Below, one piece after another: positions 23,870 through 37,719 of a stretch of DNA of 64,000 bases. Made by a program: the position numbers and the translations under genes. The DNA lies in NCBI RefSeq assembly GCF_006345805.1, contig NC_042999.1:60016001-60080000 (forward strand). The letters run 5' to 3'. Each line of letters opens with the position of its first letter. Positions within the stretch are counted from its first letter, which is position 1. This stretch comes from Octopus sinensis (lineage: Eukaryota). The notes beneath the pieces are model-generated. The model did not search any database. It was not told the DNA's origin and saw only the letters and a program-made list of their open reading frames with translations.

Positions 23870-26098
23870 GTAGGCACTCCGTCTGTTTCAGTTGGTTCGA
23901 TCAACGGAATAACCTGCTCGTGAAATTAACGTGCAAATGGCTGAGCACTCCACAGACATGCGTACGCTTAACGTAGCTCTCTGGGAGATTCAGCGTGACA
24001 CACCGAATATGACAAGGGTGGCCCATCGAAATGCAGGTAGAACTAAATTTTGACAGCTAAGTGAAATGGAACAACGTAAAATGAAGTGTCTTACTTTATC
24101 GACCCCCGAAAGGAAAAAAAGGTAATCTTGTCGGAATTTGAATGACAAGGGTGGCCCATCGAAATGCAGGTAGAACTAAATTTTGACAGCTAAGTGGAAA
24201 TGGAAACAACCGTAAAATGAAGTGTCTTGCTTTATCGCCGCCGAAAGGAAAAAAAGGTAATCTTGTCGCGAATTTTGAATGACAAGGGTGGCCCATCGAA
24301 ATGCAGGTAGAACTAAATTTTGACAGCTAAGTGAAATGGAACACGTAAAATGAAGTGTCTTGCTTTATCGACCCCCGAAAGGAAAAAAAGGTAATCTTGT
24401 CGGAATTTGAATGACAGGGTGCCCACCGAAATGCAGGTAGAACTAAATTTTGACAGCTGAGTGAAATGGAAAAAAAACGTAAAATGAAGTGTCTTGCTTT
24501 ATCGACCGCCGAAAGGAAAAAAGGTAATCTTGTCGGAATTTTGAATGACAAGGGTGGCCCATCGAAATGCAGGTAGAACTAATTTTGACAGCTAAGTGAA
24601 ATGGAACAACGTAAAATGAAGTAGTGTCTACTTTATCGACCCCCGAAAGAAAGGAAAAAAAGGTAATCTGTCGGAATTTTGAATGACAAGGGTGGCCCAT
24701 CGAAATGCAGGTAGAACTAAATTTTGACAGCTGAGTGAAATGGAACAACGTAAAATGAAGTGTCTTGCTTTATCGACCCCCGAAAGGAAAAAAAGGTAAT
24801 CTTGTCGGAATTTTGAATGACAAGGTTGGCCCACCGAAATGCAGGTAGAACTAAATTTTGACAGCTAAGTGAAATGGAACAACGTAAAATGAAGTGTCTT
24901 GCTTTATCGACCCCCGAAAGGAAAAAAAGGTAATCTTGTCGGAATTTTGAATGACAAGGTTGGCCCACCGAAATGCAGGTAGAACTAAATTTTGACAGCT
25001 AAGTGAAATGGAACAACGTAAAATGAAGTGTCTTGCTTTATCGACCCCCGAAAGGAAAAAAAGGTAATCTTGTCGGAATTATGAATGACAAGGGTGGCCC
25101 ATCGAAATGCAGGTAGAACTAAATTTTGACAGCTGAGTGAAATGGAACAACGTAAAATGAAGTGTCTTGCTTTATCGACCCCCGAAAGGAAAAAAAGGTA
25201 ATCTTGTCGGAATTTTGAATGACAAGACAAGGGGGCCCATCGAATGTAGGTAGAACTAAATTTTGACAGCTAAGTGAAATGGAACAACGTAAAATGAAGT
25301 GTCTTGCTTTATCGACCCCCGAAAGGAAAAAAAGGTAATCTTGTCGGAATTTTGAATGACAAGGGTGGCCCATCGAAATGTAGGTAGAACTAAATTTTGA
25401 CAGCTAAGTGAAATGGAACAACGTAAAATGAAGTGTCTTGCTTTATCGACCCCCGAAAGGAAAAAAAGGTAATCTTGTCGGAATTTTGAATGACAAGGGT
25501 GGCCCATCGAAATGCAGGTAGAACTAAATTTTGACAGCTAAGTGAAATGGAACAACGTAAAATGAAGTGTCTTGCTTTATCGAACCCCGAAAGGAAAAAA
25601 AAGGTAATCTTGTCGGAATTTTGAATGACAAGGGTGGCCCATCGAAATGCAGGTAGAACTAAATTTTGACAGCTAAGTGAATTGGAACAACATGAAATGA
25701 AGTGTCTTGCTTTATCGACCCCCGAAAGGAAAAAAAAGGTAATCTTGTCGGAATTTTGAATGACAAGGGTGGCCCATCGAAATGCAGGTAGAACTAAATT
25801 TTGACAGCTAAGTGAAATGGAACAACGTAAAATGAAGTGTCTTGCTTTATCGACCCCCGAAAGGAAAAAAAGGTAATCTTGTCGGAATTTTGAATGACAA
25901 GGGTGGCCCACCGAAATGCAGGTAGAACTAAATTTTGACAGCTGAGTGAAATGGAACAACGTGAAATGAAGTATCTTGCTTTATCGACCCCCGAAAGGAA
26001 AAAAAGGTAATCTTGTCGGAATTTTGAACGCAGAGCGTGAAGCTTGGGAAAATGCTGCTAAGCATTTTGTCCAGTGCATTAACAGTTCTACAAATTCG
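23870..26098 (-). repeat. Tandem array of 15 x about 134-bp units inside a chimeric SINE (A head + E body)
   Basis: GACAAG unit starts at 24011, 24144, 24281, 24413, 24547, 24685, 24819, 24953, 25087, 25221, 25358, 25492, 25627, 25762 and 25896; SINE-A head at 26030-26098; SINE-E tail at 23870-24010. Confidence 0.9.
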
Positions 26099-26392
26099 CC
26101 ATATTTATAACAGTAGTTACAAATTTTGACACAAGGTCGGCAGTTTTAGGTGATGAGCACATCAATTACATCGACTCTATTACTCACCTTGTACTTATTT
26201 TATCAACACCAAAACGATGAAAGGCAAAATGAACCACGACAGAATTGAATGTAAAGGACTTGCAAAATATCGTTCAGGATATTGTCTGTCGCAGTAACGA
26301 TTCCACTAGCTCATCGCTTTCGGCCATGACACTTTAACAACAATTGACAAAAGTATCTTCTTGATCTGTTGGGGGAAAGTTGCTCTTTTACT

Positions 26393-26770
26393 ATTTTACT
26401 CTTTTACTTGTTTCAGTCATTTGACTGCGGTCATGCTGGAGCACCGCATTTAGTCGAGCAAATCGACCCCAGCACTTATTCTTTGTAAGCCTAGTACTTA
26501 TTCTATCGGTCTCTTTTGCCGAACCGCTAAGTTAACGGTTGTCAAGCGATGTTGGGGGGACAAACACAGACACACAAACATATGTACACACATACATGCA
26601 TATACATACGACAGGCTTCTTTCAGTTTCTGTCTGCCAAATCCACTCACAAAGCTTTGGTCGGCCCGAGGCTATAGTAGAAGACACTTGCCCAAGGTGTC
26701 ACGCAGTGGAACTGAACCCGAGACCATGTGGTGGGTAAGCAAGCTACGTACCACAAAGCCACTCCTGCGC
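26393..26770 (-). mobile_element. SINE-B
   Basis: Full head-CORE-tail match. Confidence 0.85.
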
Positions 26771-27109
26771 GATCACAATCGTTTAAAGGAAGTAATGAGT
26801 TAAATCCATGCTGAGTGCTGAGCTTATGGCAAAACAATTGATGACATTAAACGTACGATGTCACTACGCTGGAAGCACAGAAGGCTATGTATACAAACAC
26901 ACACACATACATACATACATACATACATACATACATACATACATACATACATACATACATACATACATACATACAAAAATACCCTGTTATTGATGTTGAA
27001 ATTCCAATGACGTAGCCTTGCATCTAGGTTAGAAACCGGTTCTTTCTCTATTGGCAAGGAATCGTGAAATAAATTGAATAATGACATACGTACATACATA
27101 GATACATAT

Positions 27110-27497
27110 CTTCTATCTTTTACTTGTTTCAGTCACTCGACTGCGGCCATGCTGGGGCACCACCTTGAAGAATTTGCACTCAAATGAATCGACCCCTGTA
27201 CTTACTTTTTAAAGAGACTCTATCGGTATTTTTTGTTGAACCGGTAAGTTACGGGGACATAAGCACACCAACACCGGTTGTGAAGAGGTGGTGGAAGACA
27301 AACATAAGGACGCACAAACACACATACACATGTATATGACGGGCTTATTTCAGTTTCCATCCACCAAATTTACTCACAATGCTTTGGCCGGACCGAGGCT
27401 ATAGTAGACGACACTTGCCCAAGGTGCCACGTAATGCGACTGAACCCGGCATCATGTAGTTGAGAAACAAACTTCTTAACACATAGCCACGCCTGCA
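27110..27497 (-). mobile_element. SINE-B (older, diverged)
   Basis: Recognisable head, CORE and tail. Confidence 0.75.
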
Positions 27498-28394
27498 CCA
27501 ATATATTTATATATATAATAACAAAATAATAAATAAAACACATGCATATATGCATACATATATGTACATACCTACATCTACAAGTATATATACATGCATA
27601 TATGGGTACAGGACACAAAAAAAAAATCGTCGAATACAATGAGAAACGAAAACATAAAAACAAAACTATGGAAACGGACTTTTTTTTAAACACCGAAAAA
27701 ACAGAGTACAAGGAATATTCCCCTTCTTCAGCCTCCCCTGCTTCGTCTACTTTGTGTTTCGAAGGTAAGGGCAAGACATGACTTCGTTGAAACAGCCCTT
27801 CCCGCACAGCAAATTAAATAAAATTTGGGATTTTTTGCGGAGGGGTAAAAGTGGTAACAAGAACAGGACAGTAAAAACAAACAAGGCAGTAAAAGTACAA
27901 GTAAAAGAGAGGACATATATATATATATATGTATATGTGTGTGTGTATGCAATGAGTGTGTTCGAGTTTGCATATATATGTGTGTATATAAGTACGTAGA
28001 AGTATGTGCGTGTATGCACCTGTTTGTGCATGTGCGCGTGCGCGCGCGTGTGTGCGTGCGTATATGCGTCTATAGATGTGCATGAAATAAGACAACTCTT
28101 GTACACACACACACACACACACGCACACACGCACACACACGCACAATGCTACTTTTTGTATTTCATAGCAAAATGGGGACATATTTTTATTACGCGGTAT
28201 TCATGTTAATATTGTTTCTCGTGCAATAAATGATACATGATGTGTTGCGTGACGACCCCCCCTCCTAACACACACGACCAGTCAAAATTAGTGCTGTTCG
28301 TTTTCTCCTTTTCGTTGCTCCAACATGTGTTTTGAAGGTAAGAAAGTTATAACACGATTTTGTAAAAAATGATGTAATTTTCTTGTTTCATTTT

Positions 28395-28438
<44 letters not shown>

Positions 28439-28674
28439 CTTCCCTATATGACATTGGAAAAGTTCAAGGCACTTAGTCGAAACTTAGGCAGATCGACTGA
28501 CTGTACACTGTTTGCTAACAATTTGGAATATATCCAAAAAGCATAATCGACTTTTCTGGCAAAACATTTACTTTAAAAACGAAAATGAAAAACCTTTAAA
28601 CATTTTCTATAAAAATCAAAATAAAAGAAATCGACCTCTCTCCAACAAACAAAAACAAGATATTTTCGTAAGTA

Positions 28675-28685
28675 TAATAATAATG

Positions 28686-28730
<45 letters not shown>

Positions 28731-28858
28731 TAATAAGAATAATAATAATAATAATAAGAATAATGATAATAATAATAATATAATAATGATAACATAATAA
28801 TAATATACTAATCATAATAAGAATATAATGATAATCATAATAATCTAATAATAATATG

Positions 28859-28896
<38 letters not shown>

Positions 28897-28945
28897 GATG
28901 ATAATAATAATAATAATAATAATAATGATGATGATAATAATAATA

Positions 28946-28995
<50 letters not shown>

Positions 28996-29012
28996 TAATA
29001 ATAATAATAATA
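28675..29012. repeat. Long imperfect (AAT)n microsatellite
   Basis: Directly visible. Confidence 0.95.
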
Positions 29013-29709
29013 AGCCCACGAAACAACTTGCATCTGTTGATTGCGAGCTGTATGTTATTGTAAAACGTTGCCAGGTTTGTTCTGATGTCACGTCTCGTGT
29101 GCAGTTCTCTCAAATCCTTATAAATATTCGATATGCCATCAAAATCTGAGTGAAGGATTATTTGCAAAACATTGTCCACCCGAGATTTCTAAGCATATTA
29201 ATTGTTCTGTGTTGTGTGAGTATCTTTGGAAAGGCAAAAAAGTCTAGGGTAGCGAAACTTCATATCATATCAAAGAGCGAAGTCCGTCTGGCAGAGGTGC
29301 GTCTCCTTTTAAACCCTTCTATCCAACTCTGGAGTTGGCACACCTCTCCAACCCTGAAAGAGAATTTACCTTGGAGAAAGCTACTTCAAAGTAAAAATCC
29401 GACGGTTTTCTGTTCACCGCAGCCGTCTTAGCACGCTGAGCAACTGTGGTCACACCGTCAAGGCAGGCAGGGGGTGCGCTGCGTGGAAACTCTGTGGCGT
29501 CAGGGACTGACCTGATTACATAGTCACTCGAGGGTATGTTACTCTTCCTGATGATTATCAGACACGAAGAAACTAACATCATGGCTCTGTGGTTCCCAGC
29601 TTACAGTTACCGTTTCAAAATATTGCGATAGTCTGCTGCTACAGGAAATGCATTAATGGTAAAGATTCAGTAATTTCATATGACATCTTCATCTGGCATG
29701 CCGCAAAGG

Positions 29710-29768
<59 letters not shown>

Positions 29769-29771
<3 letters not shown>

Positions 29772-30313
29772 ACCAGGCAATAGCTTTCGTGGCTTCTGAT
29801 CTTAATTGATTGGAAGTGTCATCATGTACATTGTTTTGTCTTTGTATAAAAGATGGGTTACTGCAAATATTCTGCTCAGTACCACAGATTTGCTCGTCAG
29901 TTGTTTGACCATAACCACCTGAGCATGTCCCTTAGTGGCTGACGATATGTGCATCTCTGATCACGAGCAGAAGTAGTGGGGGAGCATCATAGCTATGTGT
30001 TGAGAGGGATTCTTTGGGGTTTGAATAATTCACCTCTGGAAACATGGGTATTTCATTCAACATCCTTAAACAACCTTTATTCAGGGACTTTTTGAGCGGA
30101 ATGGGTTTCTCGACCAGAAGAAAATTCTAACTGGGCCTCACCTGCAAAGTCATGTGCTTTGATCTTGCTATGAGATCACCATGTCGCGCAGATATGGTTG
30201 TAATGCATGTGCCTAGTGTACCCTTATCAGACGGGTAGTCATGATGGGTATACTGGGCTTCGTATATTTTACCGCAGTGTCACTTTGATGGCATGCACTG
30301 CTCTCTCACTCAA
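29769..30313 (+). mobile_element. Family D element, copy 2
   Basis: (TAA)n on both sides; homologous to 3544-4048. Confidence 0.8.
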
Positions 30314-30344
30314 TGATGATAATAATAATAATAATAATAATAAC

Positions 30345-30396
<52 letters not shown>

Positions 30397-31106
30397 CCAG
30401 TCGATTCATAATAAATCAATGCATTGAAACGCAAAGTTATTCAAAACGAAAAATAAATAAATAGATAGATAAATAAATACATAAATAGATAAATGAAATT
30501 CATTAAGTCGCAGTCCGGCTTCCTAAGTCACATCATACGCCTGAGTTGCAGCACAGAATAGCGAAGGCTCTTTTAGTATTCTACAAACAGCAAAGTAGAG
30601 AGGATGATTGTAAAGATACAAAAACAGGAATGGAGTGAATTTTAAAATTGTTTAAGCTGTTGGATAAGGATTATGGGAGACGTAAACTAGCCCCGGGTTA
30701 AAATGGAACCATACATGCATGCAAAGGATAAAGGAGAAGGGTACAAGGCTATTCATACTTCTTTTATTCAGACTGTTCTCACTTAAAACCCATTCTCATC
30801 TCATTTCTCTCTCATTGTGGGTGTGCGTCTCTCTCTTTCTTCCTTTCAATTTGGCTTTATCTCTGTTCTGTTCCCACTCCTCATTTAATCCCTTTCTTAT
30901 CACATCTCTCTCCTTCTGACGCGTCCGTACTCCCTTGCTCCCTCCGTATCCTGTTGTCAATCTGTTCCTATTTAATATAAAATGTACAAATGAGGCTCAA
31001 TGCCATCTAATTGTTCATGTATACATACGTGTGTGTGTGTGTGTGTGTGTAAGCGTGTGGTGTATAGACATCTAAACAAGTACACACATATGTACACACA
31101 CTCAAC

Positions 31107-31890
31107 TGTATGTATGTATGTATGTATGTATGTATGTATGTATGTATGTATGTATGTATGTATGTATGTAGTATGTATGTATGTATGTATGCATGCATGT
31201 ATGTAGGTAGAGATGTATGTATGCATGCATGTATATATGTATGTATGTATGTATGTATGCATGTATGTATGCAAGCATGTATGTATGTCTGTATGTATGT
31301 ATGTATGTATGTATGTATGCATGTATGTATGTATGTACGTATGTATGTATGTGTGTATGTATTTATGCATGCATGTATGTATGTATGCATGCATGTATGA
31401 TGCATGCATGTATGTATGTAAGCATGCATGCATGTATGTATGCATGCATACATGTATGTATGCATGCATACATGTATGTATGCATGCATGTATGTATGTA
31501 TGCATGCATGCATGTATGCATGCACGTATGTATGTATGCATGCATGTATGTATGCATGCATATATGTATGTATACATGAATGTATGTATGTATGCATGCA
31601 TGGATGTATGTAAGCATGCATGTATGCAGTATGCATGCATGTATGTATGTATGCATGTATGTATGTACGCATGCATGTATGTATACATGGATGTATGTAT
31701 ACATGGATGTATGTATGCATGCATGCATGTATGTATGTATGCATGCATGCATGTATGTATGTATGCATGTATGTATGTATGTATGCATGTATGTATGTAT
31801 GCATGTATGTATGTGTGTATGGATGTATGTATGTACGTATGTGTGTGAGTATGTATGTATGTAATTATGTATGTATGTATGAATGAATGC
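31107..31890. repeat. About 780-bp (TATG)n/(CATG)n compound microsatellite
   Basis: Directly visible; source of ORFs 30972-31968. Confidence 0.95.
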
Positions 31891-31894
31891 ATGC

Positions 31895-32260
31895 AAGAGT
31901 GGCTGTGTGGCTGTGCTTACGAACCACCTGGTTCCGGGTTCAGTTTTACTGCATGGTACCTTGGTCAAGTGTCTTCTACTATAGACTCGGTCCGACCAAA
32001 GCTTTGTGAGTAGATTTGGTAGACGGAAACTGAAAGAAGCCCGTCGTATATATATGCTTGTGTTTGTGTGTGTGTTTGTGTTTGTCCCCCCGTATCGCTT
32101 GTCAACCGATGCTGGTGTGTTTACGTACCCGTAACTTAGTGGTTCGGCAAAAGTGACCGATAGAATAAGTACTACGCTTACAAAGACTAAGTTCTGGTTT
32201 CAATTTGCTCGACTAAAGGCGGTGCTCCAGAATGGCTGCAGTCAAATACTGAAACAGACA
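31895..32260 (+). mobile_element. SINE-B
   Basis: Full head-CORE-tail match. Confidence 0.85.
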
Positions 32261-32290
32261 CATATATATACACACACAACACGCAATATA

Positions 32291-32335
<45 letters not shown>

Positions 32336-32340
32336 AAAAA

Positions 32341-32640
32341 GCGCAATGGCCCAGTGGTTAGGGTAGCAGACTCGCGGTCATAGGTTCGCAGTTTCGATTC
32401 GTTGTGAGTGTTTATTGAGCGAACCTTGCTGTATTCTTTCAACACCACTTGCTCTCACTCTTTCTTCCTGTTTCTGCTGTACCAGTATGTCAAAGAGCCA
32501 GCCTTGTCACACTCTGTGTCGTGCTGATTCTCCCCGAGAACTACGTTATGAGTACACATGTCTGTGGAGTGCTCAGCCACTTACACGTTAAGTATACGAG
32601 CAGGCTGTGTTCCTTTGATGGGATAAACGGGACGACGGAG
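32341..32640 (+). mobile_element. SINE with C-type head and E-type 3' half
   Basis: GCGCAATGGCCCAGTGGTTAGGGTAGCAGACTCGCGGTC head joined to GCCAGCCTTGTCACACTCTGTGTC...GTGCTCAGCCACTT. Confidence 0.7.
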
Positions 32641-32657
32641 TGCCACGGCAACAACGA

Positions 32658-32688
<31 letters not shown>

Positions 32689-32977
32689 TTATAGACATAT
32701 ATATATTTCGGTTTGGGATTTGGTTTGCAAGATTTTTTATGTGAGTTCGTGTGTTGACGCATATTCTGCTGTGTGTGGGGAGAGTCATTTTCTTTTTGTG
32801 CCTTATAATTTAACACATTCACCGTTAAAATTTCCACTTCTTTCTTTCTTTTATTTTTCTAAAATTTTCGTTGCTTCTTGCAATCTTATCAAAATTAATA
32901 TACATACATACATATATGTGTGTGTATATATATATATATGTATGCATGTATAAGGATGAAAAGGAATACACGAGTTG

Positions 32978-33285
32978 ATATATATGAAAAAATAAGTCAA
33001 ATTAGAAAATGCTAAAATAATTTTATAAAGAACATTTCAGTACCGGTTTCAGTCATTTTGAGACCTTTTCAACTGTAACGATTAAATAATTAAATTTAGA
33101 AAAATTAAAAGAAATGTTTTTTTAAAGGAATATTTGTATAGTGTTCAAATATAAGTGGCATTTTCCTTGTTTCTGCCTTGCTCTGTCTCTCTTGTTCAAG
33201 TGTGAACAACTGAAACCGGTACTGAAATGTTCTTTATAAAATTATTTTAGCATTTTCTATTTTGACTTATTTTTTCATATATATA
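32978..33285. mobile_element. Penelope-like inverted-repeat relic
   Basis: About 75-bp near-perfect inverted arms (32978-33053 and 33209-33285); decayed hammerhead-like core on the minus strand at 33040-33076. Confidence 0.6.
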
Positions 33286-33716
33286 TATATATAAATGCGT
33301 TATATATATATATATATATATATATAACGCATTTGATGGCATATAAAATATACATATATTGTATTTGAAGGCATATAAGACGCACAATTTACCCCAAAAC
33401 GTGTCGCAACAAAATTACCCTAAAGTTAGGCTTATATTACATGCTTTAATACAATATATTCTTTATTGCCTCCTTAATATGCGTTGCTGAGATTGTGGTT
33501 CTCTTATGCCATGGAATATGGTATATGCATGCATGTGTGTGTGTGTGTGTGTGTGTGGTTATGCAATTTTCGTCTTTGCATCTTCTGACTTTCCAGTTGA
33601 ACGCATCTTTTGTCTGAATGTTGCCTACTTATTACATCAAGTTCGCTGGAGCTGTATCTGTTCTCATCACTTGACATTTTCGACAACAGACTCATCATCA
33701 TATATGTATGTATGTA

Positions 33717-33747
<31 letters not shown>

Positions 33748-33765
33748 TGTATGTATGTATGTATG

Positions 33766-33799
<34 letters not shown>

Positions 33800-33830
33800 T
33801 GATCGTATGTATGTATGTGATGCATATATA

Positions 33831-33862
<32 letters not shown>

Positions 33863-34494
33863 TAATATATATATATATATATATATGTTGTTACAGATGC
33901 TGTTTAGTGATTTTTCGTTACGTAGTTACAAAGTCTTAAATTTCCCCTGGATCTCATGGCTACGTACGAAGCATAATTCTCTGATCCTTATCATACACAA
34001 TTATATTTGGCCTCTCTGTTATGTTCGTACTTTACAAAGGTCTTGACAGAAATATTCCACCAGTATTCATTCACATTACTAACGATTATGTTCTCCTTGT
34101 CCCACCATATCTCCCCGTTAATTTCACGAGCAAGCTGTTCTGGTACTTAGTTTATCGTCTCCCAACCAAAAGATGGAAGGCTAAATCGACCTCAGTAGCA
34201 TTTGAACTCAGAACGTAGAGACGGAAGAAATGCCGCCCAATTGTTTCGGCGTGCTAACGATTCTGCTGGTTCACTACCGCAGACATTGTATAATGAAAAC
34301 TAAATTGACTCACAACGTACTCTGCTTTCTCCAAGTAAGTAACGTGTAAATTGAGGGAGATTTGGCTGCTATCTTGTAAAAGTTGAGCACCCCCATAAGA
34401 GCCATTTTCGTTTGGCTTCTGGATGTACGCATGTATATAATGTATATATGTGAATATGCCCTTTTTTAATAAATGCGCCCTTTTCTAAAGCCTA

Positions 34495-34722
34495 GCCAGG
34501 CTCATGGGCCCGGTTTCCCGGTCTCAATGGCGTATGTGTTCCCCAGATAGACGGGACGCCTGTCCATCGCAGCGTTACTCAATTTTGCCAGCTGAGTGGA
34601 CTGGAGCAATGCGAAATGAAGTGTTTTACTCAAGAACACAACGCGTCGCCCGGTCCAGGAATCGAAACCACAATCTCACGATCATGATGCTCACACCCTA
34701 ACCCCTAAGCCACGCGCCTCCA
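34495..34722 (-). mobile_element. SINE-E (tRNA-like head, TGTGTTCTTGAGTAAAACAC central motif)
   Basis: Minus-strand head GGCGCGTGGCTTAGGGGTTAGGG...GGTTTCGATTCC; related copies at about 36085-36325 and 48075-48375. Confidence 0.7.
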
Positions 34723-35357
34723 CATATGTGAATATGAGAGTGTATAAATTATACGTGCGAATAAGGGAGCATTTGACTTTTGTAAACATGGTTTACTCTA
34801 TATTACATACGGCCGTCTGTGTTTGCGCGCGCGCGCGTGTATATGTGTAAATTCTTTCGACTTTGTTCAAACTTCAGTGTATTTTTTTTACTGTCTGTCT
34901 GTCTGTCTGTCTCTTTCTACTTTCTGTTCTTTTTTTTTTAATAGAAAAATCAATGTTCAACACACTTTGAATTTCAAAAAAAAAAAAAAGAAAATAAGAT
35001 ATATATACAGAACCAAAGTTACCAACTTTACAAATTCAGACAAAAGGTAAAAGACAAAAAAAAACAAATGTTAGAAAAACACCAAAGAGATTTCAAAGTT
35101 ATATTGTGCTTAGTGTTGTTGTTTCTGCTGTTGTTTTATTTGTTGTTGTTGTTGTTGTTTCAGAAATGGCTGGAATTTTTGACAGAACTTTCGACGCTCT
35201 TTGCAGTTGTTGTTGTTGTTGTTGTTGTTGTTATTGTTTGTGTTTCAGGTTTTCTGTTGTCAAATATTGTTTTAAGGTTGCTCTTTGTTTACGTGTATGC
35301 ACCTATTACATAAATGGCGGAGATTTTTATAAATGTAAATCATACGCACACACACAC

Positions 35358-35390
<33 letters not shown>

Positions 35391-35417
35391 TACATAAATG
35401 TATATTTATATATGTAT

Positions 35418-35454
<37 letters not shown>

Positions 35455-35772
35455 ATGCAAATCAGAATCATGAGCTATCTATATTATATAACATATAGAT
35501 GTGATATATATATGTATTCATATATTTATATGCATATATATATATATATATATATATGTATACGCACACATATGCACATATACACATATTCAACATACAT
35601 GCATACATACATATATATATGCATATATATATATGTATGTATGCATGTATATATGAATATGTGTAAATATGTATATGCGTATATGTGCGTGTATACATAT
35701 ATGTATACATACACATATACATATATACACATATTCATACATACATGCATAATACGTACATCTATCTATCTG

Positions 35773-35837
<65 letters not shown>

Positions 35838-35969
35838 ATATATATATATATATAGAATAAAACTTTATATATAAAGAACGTGAAATTCACGAATTGACGA
35901 ACACGGAAAACAGACAGTCATTCAGAGCCTTCATTCTTCAGTCAGAAACCGATTCATCATGTCAAATTT

Positions 35970-36021
<52 letters not shown>

Positions 36022-36030
36022 ATATATATA

Positions 36031-36061
<31 letters not shown>

Positions 36062-36583
36062 ACCATTCTATTCTTGGGCTCCGTCTGGTACGAGTGTACT
36101 AGATAGTCTGATCAGTAGAACAGCATGCTTGTGAAATTAACGTGTAAGTGACTGAGTATTCCGTAGACACGCTTACCATTACCGTAGTTCTTAGTGAGAT
36201 TCAGTCTTACACTGAATGTTGAATCACAGGTATAACGCAACCACCTAAAATAAAATGTCATACGCCGTCGGGAATGGAACTCATAGCCATGCGATCGTGA
36301 GCCGAGTGCCCTAACGACTAAAGAACGAGCGTGAAATCTGGGGGAAGGGGGCTAGTTGATTACATTGCTTTCAGTACTCTACTGGTACTTATTTGTTTGA
36401 CCCCACAAAAGATGAAGGTCAATACCTGAGGCAGAGAAGCACTCAGGATGTGACAGCTAACGGAATCAGGGCTACCGTAGTATTTAGCTGGTGCATCAGT
36501 TATTGATCCACGAAAGGGTGCAAGTCAAATTTGACTTCGGTGGGACTTGAACCCACTGGAGAGAGAGAGAGAGAGAGGGGGAG

Positions 36584-36616
<33 letters not shown>

Positions 36617-36619
<3 letters not shown>

Positions 36620-36922
36620 CCCCCGAAAGGATGAAAGGCAAAGTCGACCTCGGTGGAATTTGAACTCACAACGTAGCGGCAGACGAAATACCTATTTCTT
36701 TACTACCCACAAGGGGCTAAACACAGAGAGGACAAGCAAGAACAGACAAACGGATTAAGTCGTTTATATCGAACCCAGTGCGTAACTGGTACTTATTTAA
36801 TCGACCCCGAAAGGAAAGGCAAAGTCGACCTCGGCGGAATTTGAACTCAGAACGTAGCGGCAGACGAAATACCGCTAAGCATTTCGCCCGGCGTACTAAC
36901 ATTTCTGCCAGCTCGCTGCCTT
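36617..36922 (-). mobile_element. SINE-A dimer truncated at a (GA)n tract
   Basis: Same internal junction as other multimers. Confidence 0.85.
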
Positions 36923-37719
36923 TTCTCTGAGTCCTGAAATTCGCATCAGTTCACGCGGATAGCCGCGCTCTTCATCGACGAACGAGCCGAGTGATTCCCC
37001 CGTCCCAACATTGCTGCCAGCTCGCCGATCTGAATAACGACTATATTAAGAATGCCAACATCAATGTTAAAACAGAACACACGTGAAAAAGACTGCAAGA
37101 ACACCAGACAACGAAGCAGTATCTATGCAGTTAGCTGGTAGGCTGGAAATAACAATAGAATATCCCAAATCGTCTGTCACAATCTTAAGAAAGTAGGACA
37201 CATTTTTTAATGTATTCCTAACTACCGTAGACATCATGAGCCGTAGGAGTCATAAGGCCGGAACTTAACCAGTTTCCAGGTTGTATAAATGGCTGAAATT
37301 ACAACACCTTGGACGGGTCGCCAATCCGTCAAAAGGTTAACTCCCTAGCTATTATTAGAACTTAGAGCGATGTGGAATTAAGTATTTTGCTTAAGAACAC
37401 AATGCAAAACGCACCGCCTGGTTCGGGAATCGAAACTACAATATCATGATCGGGATTGCAACACCCTAACCACTTTGCAATGCGTGTTTGCCCTAAATAC
37501 TGTATGAATGAATAAAAGACAGAATAGCTACGACTACTAGAATGTTTCTGAACAAACCACAACCAGGTTTCGTTTACCAATTTCCACTTACAAAACATTG
37601 ATATCTACTTAAAGCTACAACGGAAGAGACTTGTCAATAGTTTAATATGTCACGCAGTGGGACTGAACTCGGGATTCCAAAATTTACGAAGCGATCTCCT
37701 TAACCCCTCAAATCAAGCC

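Noticed and set aside
24011-26030. CRISPR-like or repeat-protein reading of the 134-bp array
   Set aside because: There are no unique spacers, the unit length is not a multiple of 3, the unit is built from SINE pieces, and the context is eukaryotic.
35925-35960. Hammerhead-like CTGAAGA on the minus strand
   Set aside because: No convincing helix II or GAAA box.
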